Shown: positions 26,741 through 39,966 of the stretch, piece by piece
Numbering within the stretch: position 1 is the stretch's first letter
How the letters are laid out: the number at the start of each line of letters is the position of its first letter
NCBI RefSeq assembly: GCF_009914755.1
Contig: NC_060925.1
DNA length: 64,000 nt
Origin: the human T2T-CHM13v2.0 reference genome, Homo sapiens
Reading direction: 5' to 3' (one strand)
Position numbers and translations under genes: made by a program
Notes under the pieces: model-generated
Databases searched by the model: none
What the model was told of the DNA's origin: nothing
The model's input: the letters and a program-made list of their open reading frames with translations, nothing else

Positions 26741-28059
26741 ATGACCTATTTTTATAAATGATGACTAGTTAGTTATTCAGACCAGTTCATGAGGCCTATG
26801 TTACTCAAAATAGGGCACTAATTGCATTATTTCAATTCCCTCTCAATGCTGTACATAACATGGTGACCATGGGAAAATGCACTTAGAGTTCTAAGCAACC
26901 AACTTAGACACCTTTGCTAAAGAAGTTTTTCTTTAGTAGTCTGTCTATTACTAGTCCTGTTCTTGGTGCTTGTTGATGTAACTACATTGTCATTCTTTGA
27001 TTTGGGTCCTTTATCCCTAATCCACATAAAATAACAGGTCATGGGTCAAATGTAGAAGACAGCGTGACAAAATGTAGAAGGGGGACACCATGACGAAAAG
27101 CACAAGACCTAATGCTCAGTTGCCCAAAACCTGAACAGAAGCACTGAAGAGGGGGAAGCGCACGGGAAGGAGGGGAGAAGAGGAGTAAGTATTTGCTGAA
27201 AATAGATTCGTACCCCCTCTAAACCGATTTATAGAAAAACAACAGAGATGGTCAAAGTGAGTGTTGGAGAAGTAGATTAAAAATTATGATAAATGTGGGT
27301 GGAGCCATGAATGTTTTCTTGGTTATATGGAATTGCCTGTTTTATGGTTTTTGAGGACTTCTTGCATGAAGCAACCTTAAGAAAGGTCATTTAACTGTAA
27401 TTAGCTTCTTAGCTAAATTAAGTATACTTTCTTCTTAGCTGGACTCAGAAAACTGGGCCAAGGTGGGAACCTATTCTCTCTTGGGGAAGCCCCACTTGCT
27501 TTTGTTGGAAGCTCTGAAAAGCTTTCAGATCAATTGTTCCCTCTGGGTGTCAGGTATTTTCCAGGGAAACTGGCTCCTTTTTCTGAGTGTTTTCTGGGGC
27601 CAGTTGCTGGGTGCCCTCAGAGACGGAGTATGTCCATTGCCTGCTCTTCAAAGCATTAGGATAGTGTGTGTGTGCAGGGAATGGGTGGGTGGATATTTTT
27701 ATCCCCCCCATAACCAGGTGCAAGAGGGACAAGAAAAATCTACTTCTAAATTTGAAAGGTGAGTATTAAATTGTATGCCAATTGTCTGTTTGTAATAATC
27801 TAAGGCAGCTTCTTTCTGGGTTAGCTCTGTACAGTGCCACAGAAAAGGTCAAACCATTTCATTTTCTATTTTCTAAGTACATAGAGATAGCTTTTCTTAC
27901 ATTGTTTGACCTTCCTTTCTCCTCACCTCGCAGAAGGAGGTTCAGATGTGTTGCTTGTCAGATGCAGGAAGGCCCTTTCTACCTCAGACTGATGCCCCCG
28001 TGTTGAGCTGCCCCAAGATAGAGGAGGTGATTGAGATGTTGAAGGTTAAAAGACCAGTC

Positions 28060-28390
28060 ACATAAGATTAATTGGAAGAGAAGAATAAAGAGACTTCATG
28101 ACATCGTATTGTGGCAGGCCTAATAGTCGTATCCACACATCTGAAGGATTGTGATGAAGAAGAGTAGGAGTCGAGTTATTTTATATTGCTCCAAAGAACA
28201 GGACTGTGGAAGTTGCAAGGGACAGATATTGGCATAGTACGAGAAACCATCCTATCAGGAGAATTGCCAAGAATCCAGTAGGCTTCCTGAAGTAGCAAAC
28301 TTTTGTCTCCATGTGTGTTTAAGCAGGAATAGGACAAGCGCCTGCAGGATGGAGTTGGTAGGATTCTTCTTGGGGAGAGAAGCCTCAAGG
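28060..28390 (+). mobile_element. L3/CR1 LINE 3' fragment
   Basis: atctgaaggattgtgatgaagaagag...gctccaaagaacaggactgtggaagttgcaagggacagat resembles the L3 3' region. Confidence 0.5.
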
Positions 28391-30119
28391 ATTCTAAGCA
28401 TCCTTCCTTTTGTCTTGCTTTCTTTACATTTCCTTCTGGTGCATTGGGAATAATTGCTTTCGTCTACTTTGTAGGAGCTAGGAAGGAGTCAGGGAAAGCT
28501 TTCTACATGCTTTGAGCTCTGATGGTTAAAACTGCTTTGCAAACTAGAGTGCTACAACTTGGGGGTGCTCTTCTGGGGCTTCTCGTTGTCAGTTTTAGCA
28601 AGCATTATTTCTGAATCATTGTGTGCTCTCCTAGCATCTGTCCTCTAAGGATGCTACTTTTCAGTTATCTCTGAAGGTGGCCTGAGGGGACACTTTCTTT
28701 TTTTTTAAAGTTTCTGTGCTGTCTTTTTTCTTGGGTGCCCCTTTCCTGTTTCCTCGGGATGCTGAGAATGTGTTGGACAAGTGCAAGTAAACGAAGCAGA
28801 GTCAGCTTGGAAATAAACATTCCTTCCCTGTCAGGAAAAAAATCACTTGTCTAGTCTGTCTAGATTTTAAAGTGTGATCCTTAGTGGCGTCCTACCATCA
28901 TCTGTGTGCTGGTGTGGGGTGTACCATGCCCCCTGCCCTGCAGCACACGCTGTTCTTCCTGGAAGGCTGATCACAGGCAGAGATTGTAGTGGCTACTTGC
29001 ATACCAAGGACCAAGACACACCTCTTCTCAAACATTGCCTGCTCTCCTCTGGAGTTCAGGTAAGTCTACTCGCCTCTCCTGAGCTCACCCTACTCAGTGC
29101 TTAGTAGTGAGAGTTGTAATTCCTTCTAACAGCTCCAAAGTTTTTCTATAATATGGAAAGACTCTCATTTGCCTTTTAAGTCTTTCAATTAGTGGAGGTC
29201 AATATAGGTCTTTGAACCTAGGTAAGATTGTTCTGGTTCCCATGTAACTTAACGCCTTTCAGCTGGCCAGCTTACTCTGTACTATGGATGCCTGGTCCCC
29301 AGCTGAGGCCAACGAATAGGTAGCCAACAAACAGACAGGTTTGGCCAGTTATCATGTCTATCCCATCCTGCTGCTTTGGGTTACAACCCTACTCTAAGCA
29401 GACATAGAAAGACTTGAGTCCCTAATGTAGCCCTCAAGAAAGAGATGATTCAGGTGTCCTCTCTAGTTATAGGGCACTGATGATGTAAGTGCCTTCCCTT
29501 ATTATTTTTATTATCTTCCTCTTTCTCTCACACATACTCAAATGCACACACATAAAAAAACACACACATAGAACAGGCTGCACCCTCACTCAGCTCCCCT
29601 AGTCTTTGTTTCTCCCTTTCCCAATTTTCTTTTATTCCTAGAAAATAATGGCATTAATGAGGAAAGCCACCAACTTCACATAGCCTGATTTTGAAGAACT
29701 GTGGCTGATGTACTTCAATGAACAGTTGGCTTGATATTTCTCTTTGACATTTATGGGGCCAGGTCCCACTGTAATGGTATGAGAGGCAGGTTGGGTAGGA
29801 TGCAGAAGACATTGGGGAATGAAAGACACTTGCTGGTGAAATCAAGGGCTTACTTTCTGGAAAGGAGGCTTGTTGGTGAAGAGAGATGGTTGTATCAAGG
29901 GGAGGGTCAGGTAAGTAGTTTTATTTCAGACTAGAAAGTGATACAAAGTTATGCCAGGGTAAGCCAAGACAAAGAGTTATTAATAATTTTCTAATTCCTA
30001 CCTCTAGAAAAGTTTCCATTATTTATTTACTTTTGTTTATTTTTTCCTAGCTTTCATTCTACCCCAAAACAACACCAAAGAAGCTTCTATAAGTTTTAAC
30101 CATCTAAATAATGACATGA

Positions 30120-30355
30120 TAACAATAACATTTATTGGTCCCTTATTATATGACAGGAAATGTACCATGCACATTTATTATCTCATTGAAATAATCTACA
30201 TGTATGATGTATATAATTGTCACCCGCAAATTACAGATGAAAACAAAGAGAGATTTGGAAATGTTAAATGACTTTTCCAAGGTCACACTCCTAGTTAGTG
30301 GCAGAACAGAATTGGACACTTTGATCTTTTCAATTTCAGGCCAATGCTTCTTCCA
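30120..30355 (-). mobile_element. MIR SINE
   Basis: aataacatttattgg...ttacagatgaaaacaa...gttaaatgacttttccaaggtcacactcctagttagtggcagaacagaatt. Confidence 0.75.
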
Positions 30356-30534
30356 TTACTTTTTGGCTGTTCTCAATCTCTCTAGGTACAGAGGAAATGG
30401 TGGTGGCATTGAAAAGTTCTCTAATGTAAGAAGGCACTGTAGAAGCCTGATCAATCAGAATTCCTCAGTGGCAAAGGAGAGATTTAATGCACAACAAATA
30501 CTGTCATGACAAAAATAACACCTTAGACTAATAA

Positions 30535-31970
30535 ATTCATTTATTTAATAATATTTATTGAACATATATTATGTAAAGGGCATTATTCAAGGAGCTAGAG
30601 ATACATTGGGAAAAAAGAGACAATAGATAATTCCTCTGCCCTCATGAAGCTTATATTCTACTCAGAGAAGATAGATAATAAAGAATGAAAAAATTGTTAA
30701 GTGCTCTGCAGAGAATTAAAATCAGCCAATGGGATAGAATCATAACATTATCAGATCTTAATATTATCATAATCTTAATATTATGAGATTTCAAGATTTA
30801 CTAGAAAGCTTCAGTAATCAAGATAGGGTTGTAATTTACAGTAAATCTTGAAATCTGTTAATATTAAGTCCCTAAACTTCATGTTTTTTTCAAAATTTTT
30901 TGGACATTTATGGAGTCAGGTCCCACAGTAATATGTATATAATGTGTATATACACACATATGAAAGACATAGATCAAATGAGCAGAAGAGAGTCCAGGAA
31001 TAGACCACATATATATGGCCAAGTGATCTTCTGTATCTTTTTTAGATTATTTATAATGAACACAGCCATCGCTTCCTAAGTTGACCAATGTACTTTCATT
31101 TGTGGTTCTGTGATTAGTTCTATGACAGCAATAGTGTCACTATACTTTTTCCCTTTTCATACAATGCTTGGAAGGATTTGCACTTTTACAATAGCCTTTG
31201 TGTAGAAGAGGATATAAGTAAATATGAGTATTGTAGTGTAAGTATATAAAAATGATGGCATTGAAACATTTCTAATTTTTTTAATATTAGAAAAATCTAA
31301 GACTAAAATGTGTTTATTTTAAACATGAGACATAAAGTAAATTAAATTCTGAGCAATAATAATGTTATAAAAAAAGTTGATGATTGTTCATCAATTAATT
31401 CTTGATAAAAGTGCCAAAGCAATTCAATGGAGAAAGGATAATCTTTATAACAAATGGTGTGAAAACAATTGATATCCATGTGCAGAAAAGACCTCAAATC
31501 TTACCTCATATCTTGCATAAAAATTAACTTGATATGGATCATCATAAACATAAACATAAGAGTGAAAATTGCAAAACTTTTAGAAGAAAAATTAGAAAAA
31601 AATCTCAGTGACCTTGGGTTAGGCCAAGGAGGCTGGAGCCCAGTCAGTGAAGGAGTGAGGAACCAGTTACGATGGGGAAGTGGACAGGGCTGATCGTGTT
31701 CAGGTTTGTTTCATTTGTCAAGAATGTTTTATAAAGTGGTTGAATACCTCTAGAAAGAGGTACATGGTGTTTGGCTGTCTCTTGATTTATGTTTTAAAAT
31801 GGTCATCTTGGCTGTCATTTGGAGAATGGTTCCCAGTGAGGGCCAAGTGTAAAGAGGGGGTTCGATAAGGAGGATTGACACTGTTACATGGCTGAGATGA
31901 GAGCTACTGGGGCCTTGTATCAGTGTGATATCAGTAGAGATGGAAAGAAGTGAACAGATGGAGGATATTT
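30535..31970 (-). mobile_element. L2 (3' end at 30535-30740, continuing ~31620-31970) interrupted by an L1M fragment
   Basis: attcatttatttaataatatttattgaac...cctgccctcatgaagcttatattcta; L2 motifs resume after 31620. Confidence 0.65.
30745..31625 (+). mobile_element. L1M ORF2 fragment with an internal inversion and a foreign insert
   Basis: gatttcaagatttactagaaagcttcagtaatcaagata; gacatagatcaaatg...gagtccaggaatagaccacatatatatggcc; aaagtgccaaagcaattcaatggagaaaggataatc...aaacttttagaagaaaa. Confidence 0.75.
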
Positions 31971-33626
31971 GCCTATCACTTTATGGTTTGCAAAAGACTT
32001 TCAGATACTTTATCTCTTTTGGTTTTACAACAATCCTTGCGAGGTAGTAAAGATATAATTCTCATTTTGCAAGTAAGGGAATTAGCCTCTGAAAATGTAG
32101 ATTTGTTTCTATCCATACAGCTAGTAAATGGAAGGGCTGTGTGGGGAAACTCAGTCTTCTTGATACAGTAGAGATGTTGCTTATTCCCTACCAAATTCCC
32201 TCCCCTGGAGCCAGAAGAAATCCCACACATGAGCATCATCGCCATAGCTAAATACAGTCACACTTTTTGGCTCTTTTCTGCTATAGCTCTATTTTGGGTT
32301 AATTTACCTCGTACTGACTCTCAAACAGTTTAACAGCTATTTCAGGCATCTATTTCTGCTCAAAGATGCACTGCTCCTATTTTTGTAAGCCAGATGATGC
32401 AGAGAATAGGTAATGCGATAGGAAAATTTTGCCCCTCATAAATCACTGACTCACATCATAACAAGATTACCAGAGATCCAAATATGTACTGTCTAATGAC
32501 ATCTGTAAAGATGACAGCACATGATTATATTCCTCTTTGATGTTTTAATAGTATTTACACAAAATAAAGACTATTTATAAAAAAGATACAATATTTGATA
32601 TTTTACAGATATTATCTCCACTATTTTTTGCAATAATGCTGATAGGCTCAAGGACGTTAATTATCCCAAATACTTAGAAAGTGCTTTGTTTCAATGTTTG
32701 AATTCAAGTCTCTAAGGCCAAAGGCCAAGTTCTTTCCACCATGATACTGTTTATTAGAAGAAAGAGTAAAACCATTATGTACTTTCCTTCTTGGCATTTA
32801 GTATTTCCATCCCAGCCAGCACCAGCAGTGGGAAGCAGGCACGATTTCCCATAATTGAATACTTTAGTAAAGAATTTACAACTCAGAAGCACCACAAAAT
32901 ACAGTTCTTAGACTGTCTTCTAGATCATACCTACAATAAGAATCTTTGATCTTCTGCAGGCGTGACACCTGTTTATTATTTTATTTTACATGACTCCAGC
33001 ACTCCTTCTCTCTACAAATACTACATGAACAACCCTGCTATTCAGCATAAGTGAATTAAAATGAAATTTTCCCATTTGTTCTTTTTAGGGATTTTTGCAA
33101 ATGCTCTGGAAATTTGCAAGACCAGTGATTTGTTGACATCAGATCTATAGCCGGTAGCATTGTCAGCTGACAGCTTTCCAAAGAAGATAGGAAGTAATCA
33201 GTGCAACCTTTGTGGAAATTTGTTTAATAAAAACCCAGAGCAACATTGAATCTATATTCAACAAGAAAGATCTAAGTCTTAATATTCATATTGAGAAACT
33301 GGTTTGGAATGTTGATAAGTTGAATATAAATTATTACCAAACATAAACCTCTTTGGGGGATTTTGCTTATTTTCATTATCAAATAATGGCAATCAGTTTA
33401 GTTTTGCTGGTCAGTGACTAACCCTAAACCTCTTAACCTAGCTGGGAATAGGATGTCAAGCTTTGGTAGTGAGAGCTAGATGGCACTATGGTGTAATTCT
33501 GTGGGGTGCCCAATTATGAAGAGTTTGTCTGATTGTGATGATAGAGGTTTCTGGAATAAGAAATTCTGCTCTTTTTTGCTCGTGTCTTCTCTAACTGCAC
33601 TTCTCTAAGTGCAATATAGTACAACA

Positions 33627-33671
33627 TAGGAAGGCTAGGAAGAAGTTTCTGGTGTAGGAAGGCTGAAGATG
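33627..33671 (+). repeat. 45-bp dispersed direct repeat, copy 1
   Basis: taggaaggctaggaagaagtttctggtgtaggaaggctgaagatg, identical to 34537-34581. Confidence 0.95.
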
Positions 33672-34069
33672 AGCATTGTCTTCTGTCTTGCTCATTCACT
33701 CCTGCTCTTGATTTCTTTCTGATAAGCTGTGTGTGACATGCACAGATACACACACACACACATAAACACACACACACCCTTGTTGAGACTTTTTCTTTAA
33801 AAATCAATTAGGAGTATTTCAGACAAAAGATGATTTACACTCCTTCTAACCCATGTCCCTGATTCAGCAGTTTTTCCCTCTGGTGACACAGGTGCTATTT
33901 ATAGGTCATACACGAGCTGAGGCCAGAGCCTACTATGTGAACAGCTTGTACTGTGGCAAGAAGGACAATGATTGTGAAAGCTAATCATATGAATTGGGGC
34001 ATTCTTGTTATACCCTACTAAAACAGGGTGGAGAAGCCAGGGGGAGAAAACATTCCAAGCACATGACAT

Positions 34070-34406
34070 TGATCTAAGAATGTAATTCTCTACAAGCCTA
34101 GTTGCTGAAATTTCCTGCTGAAACCTGATTTATCTAAGAGCTGCTGAAACAACCCCTTGTGTTTTACCTACTGCCTTCAGTCACCAACCAAATCCTGCCA
34201 ATTCTCCCAGACCTTACTAGTGCCAGTGAGCTTTTGCGAAGGACAATATGTAACGTTTCCTTTTTTAAAAAATAAAACCCCTAACCTCTTTGTTTTTGGG
34301 ACATGCTAAAGACAGTCTGCATGTATGGCCTGAATTACCATTGTTTCCTCCCCACGAAATGGCTTAATTTCAGAGATTCATCTCTATGCTTTATTTGACT
34401 TTGACA
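34070..34406 (+). mobile_element. MER34-like ERV1 LTR (partial)
   Basis: Ends tttatttgactttgaca; internal aataaaacccctaacc...tttttgggacatgc. Confidence 0.5.
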
Positions 34407-34536
34407 GTACTTTAGAATTGGAAGAAGACATTAGCAGTTTCTCAGTTCAACTTCCCACTACCGGATGTTTGAAGTTCATCTCCTTAATTTTGAAAAACAT
34501 TTGATTTCCTGATATTTGAGTCTATTTGCAGAAGTT

Positions 34537-34581
34537 TAGGAAGGCTAGGAAGAAGTTTCTGGTGTAGGAAGGCTGAAGATG
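34537..34581 (+). repeat. 45-bp dispersed direct repeat, copy 2
   Basis: Identical to 33627-33671, offset 910 bp. Confidence 0.95.
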
Positions 34582-36021
34582 TCGGCCATGACTGTGCAGT
34601 CTCCTATGATAGAGCAAGACAGGATGAAACTGAAGGGCCAGGAGATTAACAAAATGGTACCTTCTAAGTGTGTGCTGCTATGTTACATAGCATCCTGTAG
34701 GGGGAGCTAAGCCATTCAACAGCTTTAGCTGTAGCATTTAAGGCAATGATATCTTTTGCGTCTCACAACTCCTCTTTCTTTACCCTCCCTCCGTAGCTTT
34801 CCAGCTGCCAGAAATGTTATAAATACGTCATCTGCCCTCGATACAAGAAGAACAGACTATTCAGAGCACAGGAAAGAGAAAGACCATGATGGAAGAGATG
34901 ATTGTGTGAGGGCCTCTAGGAAAATTTCCCTTCCCTCATATTTCCCCTTCAACCTGTCTGAGGATCATAGACACCCATTCTCAGAGATAAAGTGTATTTC
35001 TGAATTGAGGCTAGTTTTACTCCATAGGAACTTGTCAAAATGTACATGTCTTTGTTCACATAGTATGACCAGGTTTCCTGCAAACAATTTAAAAGAAAAT
35101 GAGAAAATAAAAAGAGGTAAGCTATTGGAGTGCTGAGAATAGTGTTCTAAAAAATAAGTGGGATTCTAGGTAATTTTTGATAGGAGGAGAAGTAATGGCT
35201 GGAAGATGTGAGTGAGGTCTGGCTGCAGGAGTAGAGGTCTAAATGAGGCATCTTGGGAATCCCGGGCAACTAGAGGTTAGCTTGAAGGTGAAACATTGGG
35301 AGGGGGATTGGTATTTGTGAGGGAGGAGAGGGTCATCTGTGAGGGAGGTGATGAGGAAGTGTCAAAAATTACTTTACTTGGATCCAAGTTCTCTTGAGAA
35401 TTTGTCCTGGAACCTAAGGTTCTATTCTCATCATAAATGCACTTTTAATTTTTTAGTATTTAGAAAATCCATTCCATGTAGCATTACTGTTGGGTGCCTC
35501 TTTAACATTCTTTTCTTCCGCTCTTACTTCCTCACAGACTTGGTTTTGTTAGTATAAACAACCACGTCCGGAGAGCCATGTGTCTAGGGAAGGCTGGTCC
35601 CCGGGCCAGCCCAGGGATGGAGGTTGAGGGAGTTGACAATGATGTTCCAAGCCAATCAAAGTGGTTCTACGCACTTTAGGTGTCTTTGGTTCAGGGCAAA
35701 TGATAATTCTGGCCACTGAACCATGAAGAAAAGTCTGTTGGGGGCAGCTAGGAAAAGTTAACTTGCTTTAACAAAGATACAGACAGAAAATGGTTTCTTC
35801 TTCCTCTAAACATTTTCTTGTCTGGATGATGTCACGTCTGGAATTACTGTAGAATCTTGAAACCAGGAGAAAAACGAATCTGAGGGCAAAATGACCCATC
35901 CAAAATGTCAGGACACATAGAGAGAGAAAGAAATTGGATTCTAATGCTGTTAAATCAGCTGACTCTGCAGTCACCCTATCTCGAGAGTTCTTGCTTTGTG
36001 GCGTAATGAACTTTCTTTTTG

Positions 36022-36179
36022 CCCCAGCTTCACTGAGGCATAATTAACATAAAACTGTATATACTTAAGGTATATAACTTGAAGTTTTGATAAATGTACA
36101 CATTGTGAAATGATCACCACATTCAAGCTAAGCTAATTAACATATCCATCACCCAAATAGTTTCTTTCTTTTCTTTTTC

Positions 36180-36241
<62 letters not shown>

Positions 36242-36515
36242 TTCCTTCCTTCCTTCCTTCCTTTCTTTTTTTCTTTCTTTCTTTTTTCTTTCTTTCTATC
36301 TTTCTTTCTTTCTCTCTTTCTTTCCTTCCTTCTTTCTTTTTCTCTCTCTTTCTTTCTTTCCCTTCCTCCCTCCCACCCACCCTTCCTTCCTTCCTTCTCT
36401 CTCTTTTTCTTTCTTTCCCTTCCTCCCTTCCTTCCTTCCTTCCTTCCTTCCTTCCTAGAGTATTTACAATGTACCTCTTAGCAAATTTCAAGTATGCAGT
36501 ACAGTATTAGCTATT
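36022..36515 (-). mobile_element. L1MA-type 3' end split by an STR
   Basis: cagcttcactgaggcataatt...cattgtgaaatgatcaccac...taattaacatatccatcacc [STR] ctcttagcaaatttcaagtatgcagtacagtatta. Confidence 0.8.
36161..36456. repeat. Compound (TTTC)n/(TTCC)n polypyrimidine STR
   Basis: ~296 bp with only 3 purines on the + strand. Confidence 0.97.
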
Positions 36516-38948
36516 TTTTAAGTTTATTGAGGTAAATTTATATACATGAAAATGCATTCTTTTTTGCATAGAAGTCTGTGAGTTTAAACAAAAACATTGG
36601 AATTGTTTATCTGTTATGCATTGTTAGTGTCTTTTCTGATTAATTAAGTCATTTTATTCAGAAAATATTTATTTTGCATTAACTGTGCCAACCAGGTTCT
36701 ATATAGAATTTACAATGAGACATGACATGGTCCTTTGCTTCAAGAAAATAATTATTTCCTAAAAAATATGCAAATGAAAGATGATTCTATAGTAGCACTA
36801 TTTTGAAAACTAAATCTCAGAGTCTTTAGTTTCATTCGTTCAACCATTCACTCTTTTATTAAACATTTGTTGAAAGCGTATGATGTCTGTCTGCAGATAT
36901 ATAAAAGATAAAATCCATCTTCAAAGGGAGACAGAATTGTAAATTAAGAGTTATAATACAATAAAATGTGTTCCACTAGGAGTTTGTATAACTTTTTATC
37001 AGCACGTTAGTTATGGCACATATAAATTTCTTTGTAATCTTGTCAATCTATGCCTGCTTTTGCTATTCTCTTAGTTTATAAGAACCTTGAAGGCTTTAAT
37101 AACTCATGTCTGACTCTTCTTTGTACCTCCAGAAAAACTAGCATATTGTCTTGTCTAGTAAATGCTCAAAATAAATATTTGTAGAATAAATTAAATATTT
37201 GTTGAGTAAATGAGACAAGTTTAGTAGGTCTTGAAGGAAGTGTCACATTTGTCTCTAATGCCTAGATCCTTTGACTAATGTAAGTGACTAAAGAAAAGTC
37301 AAAGGCACAACTATTTATGATAGAAAAAATTTTTACACAGAAAGTTGTCATTACCGCTATCTTTATTTTGGCCTTCCTAACCAACATTTAAGATAAATCA
37401 AGTGGTCCATCTTTAACTTTTGACAAAGGCAAATTGAGTGCCCTATCTCATTGACATTTGACCAAATAAGGATGTAATGATGTTCCATTGACCTTTATCT
37501 GGGCATAATTTGTCATATCAGCTGAATCTAGTCTTGTCAAATACTGATATATAATTTTCCATAATTCAGCATATTTTTAGAACCCTTCTCTTTCATGCTA
37601 TTCATAATTTCCAACATTGTGCCCTGCAGACCTACTTGGCTTTAACACCTGGTTTTTGAGGGTGTATAATGTACTAGAACATATATAATCTGATTTAGTT
37701 CTCACAACAGCCATATAAAATTTTCAATACTCACAAATACCTATTACAAATGCTAATAATGTAAACACCATATCCCTTTCTAAACTTTACATGTACTCTT
37801 GTGTGGGCTGCATTTTTACATAGATATTTGGAGGAAAACCAAGAGATGTGGTTCAGTTAAATAGGCAGTTAATTTAAACTCCCTTGTTCTTACAGTGTGT
37901 GTTGTGTTTTGTTTACATATGAAGAATGGGACATCACAAAGGCTGGCAGATCCAAGTGAGCACTGCATGAAGGGAGAGGGCAGGTAAACTGGAGATGGAG
38001 GAATTGGCCCTAGCGCTGCACTACCAGCAATTATTTAGGGAATTTTTCTCCAAATGTATATGTTCAGAAGCTATGTAGAGAAACATGATCTCATGCATAA
38101 AAGCATTTGAGAAATGCCCTCTATTGTATCATAATGTAAAGGTTCAAAGCAGTCCTTCAGCAAAGGAATTTTGCTCAACCAAGCTTTTTCCAAACTTTAC
38201 CAAAGAAATGTTGGTAGATGTATTTATATGTGCAACATTCATTCATTTCTTTATTCATACAATAGGTATTTCTGAGCACTTACTTTGTGCCGGGTCCAGA
38301 CACTGGAGATTCCAGCAGATAAATCTTCATCCTCATGGCTCTTGCCGAATAGGGATATATCAAGGAACAGATTTTGGGAAACACTGGTCAAGGAGTTCTT
38401 GCAACCACTGCTATAAGAAGGAAAAATTCGAGGATATATGATTTTTTCTTTATATGTGTAAATATGTGGGACAATTATTAGTCATCAGAGCAGTGGGCTC
38501 TCATCTTGCTTTGGCTCTTACAAATATGCTCCAGGGGCAAAGTTACAAAAACCACAGGACTTGAGGGCTTAGAGAAATGTTTTTCTCTTCGTTCTATAAG
38601 CTAATTTGATGCCCCAACACACAAATACTTGCTGACCATGAGTATTGTTTGTGGCCAGCTGGCCATACAGATACCTTCTCTGGAACCTTCCTGGTTTCTT
38701 CCCGACCTGTGTTTGCTCTCATTCCCGTCTTTACTTCCATCAGAATATTTGTTTACATATCCCCAACCTCAATCCCACCTTTCACTTGTCTAGCCTTTAT
38801 ATTTATGCCAATTTTTCTCAGTAATTTCCTACAGAATGAGGAAAAAATGACTTTTGTAGTTATGCCATAGAATCTTTGAGAGAAAAGTTTCAGAATAGTA
38901 ACAAAATCTAAGGTGAAATTGAAAAGAATTGGGTGGTGAGTAGAATTG

Positions 38949-39052
38949 GAAGTGAAGAAAGTTAGTGATGGAGTTGAGAATTTGGGGTAAAAGGAAGGCA
39001 GAAGTGAAGAAAGTTAGTGATGGACTTGAGAATTTGGGGTAAAAGGAAGGCA
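38949..39052 (+). repeat. 52-bp tandem duplication
   Basis: gaagtgaagaaagttagtgatgga(g/c)ttgagaatttggggtaaaaggaaggca x2, 1 mismatch. Confidence 0.95.
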
Positions 39053-39966
39053 AGATAAAGAAAGTTTACTTAACTAGTTTAGCAGAAAAGTTTTAATGAG
39101 CATTTATGGCCACAGAGAACATTTAGGTGTATCTTTAGTGTGAGGTAAAGAATCCTGAGAAAGGAGATTCATTTCCTAGGTGAAGGAGTCAGGTTGGCAG
39201 GAAGGATTAATTATGAAAAAAAAGGAGTTTATTTTATACTTGATTCAGATGGGAATGAAGAAAGGCTGGACATAAAAACTTTGAAATTGACATAAGCTGT
39301 TTCATTCAGACCTGTTTCATTCAGAGCCACATGCGTTGTCTACTATTCCTTTACAGAATATGTCACTAGACATTGAGTCAGCTTTTCCTGTAGTTCCTAA
39401 AGGGGAGGTAAAGCCCAAAGATGAAGACAAAAGGCTGTAAGTGTCCAGCATTCTAAGTTAAAAGACCTATCAGATCCCTTCCTAAATGGGCTTATTAGAG
39501 AGGCTCTCCTACCAATCCCTGTTCCCTCCTTTGCCAATATAATAGGCCCAGAGAAGTGGAGGTCACCTTAGGATGCAGAAGGAATTAAGAGAAACCCTGT
39601 CCTTCCTGCCCATGGGAGAGACTTCCCTCCCTGAAGCCCAGGCAAGTGAAGAAGGCTGTCCAAGGATTGTAAAGATTGGGGATTTGGGCATGAAGGGAAA
39701 CTATTGGCATTTCATTCTTCAGCTAGTTTCTGCTTTTGAAGCCGACTCTATGACCTGTGCTTGTACCACACGAATAAGGAAAACAGCATTGGAAAAAAGA
39801 TGGTATGTGGGACAGTCTGCCCAAGAAGGATGCCAAGATGGGCTCTTCAAGTTCTCAGTTCTAGGGAAGCATGGAGAGATGTACTACACATGCTCATACT
39901 CCTGGCCATCACTGTGGCAGACAGATGAGATTGGGCAACCTAAATATGTTGATAGGCTTTGGGGTG

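Noticed and set aside
33470-33490. CTCF-like AGATGGCAC
   Set aside because: The left half of the motif (CCAC/CCAG) is missing.
36123-36491. 122-aa Lys/Glu/Arg-rich ORF
   Set aside because: Translation of the (GAAA/GGAA)n microsatellite.
37462-37471. CArG box CCAAATAAGG
   Set aside because: A single 10-mer in AT-rich DNA with no supporting context.
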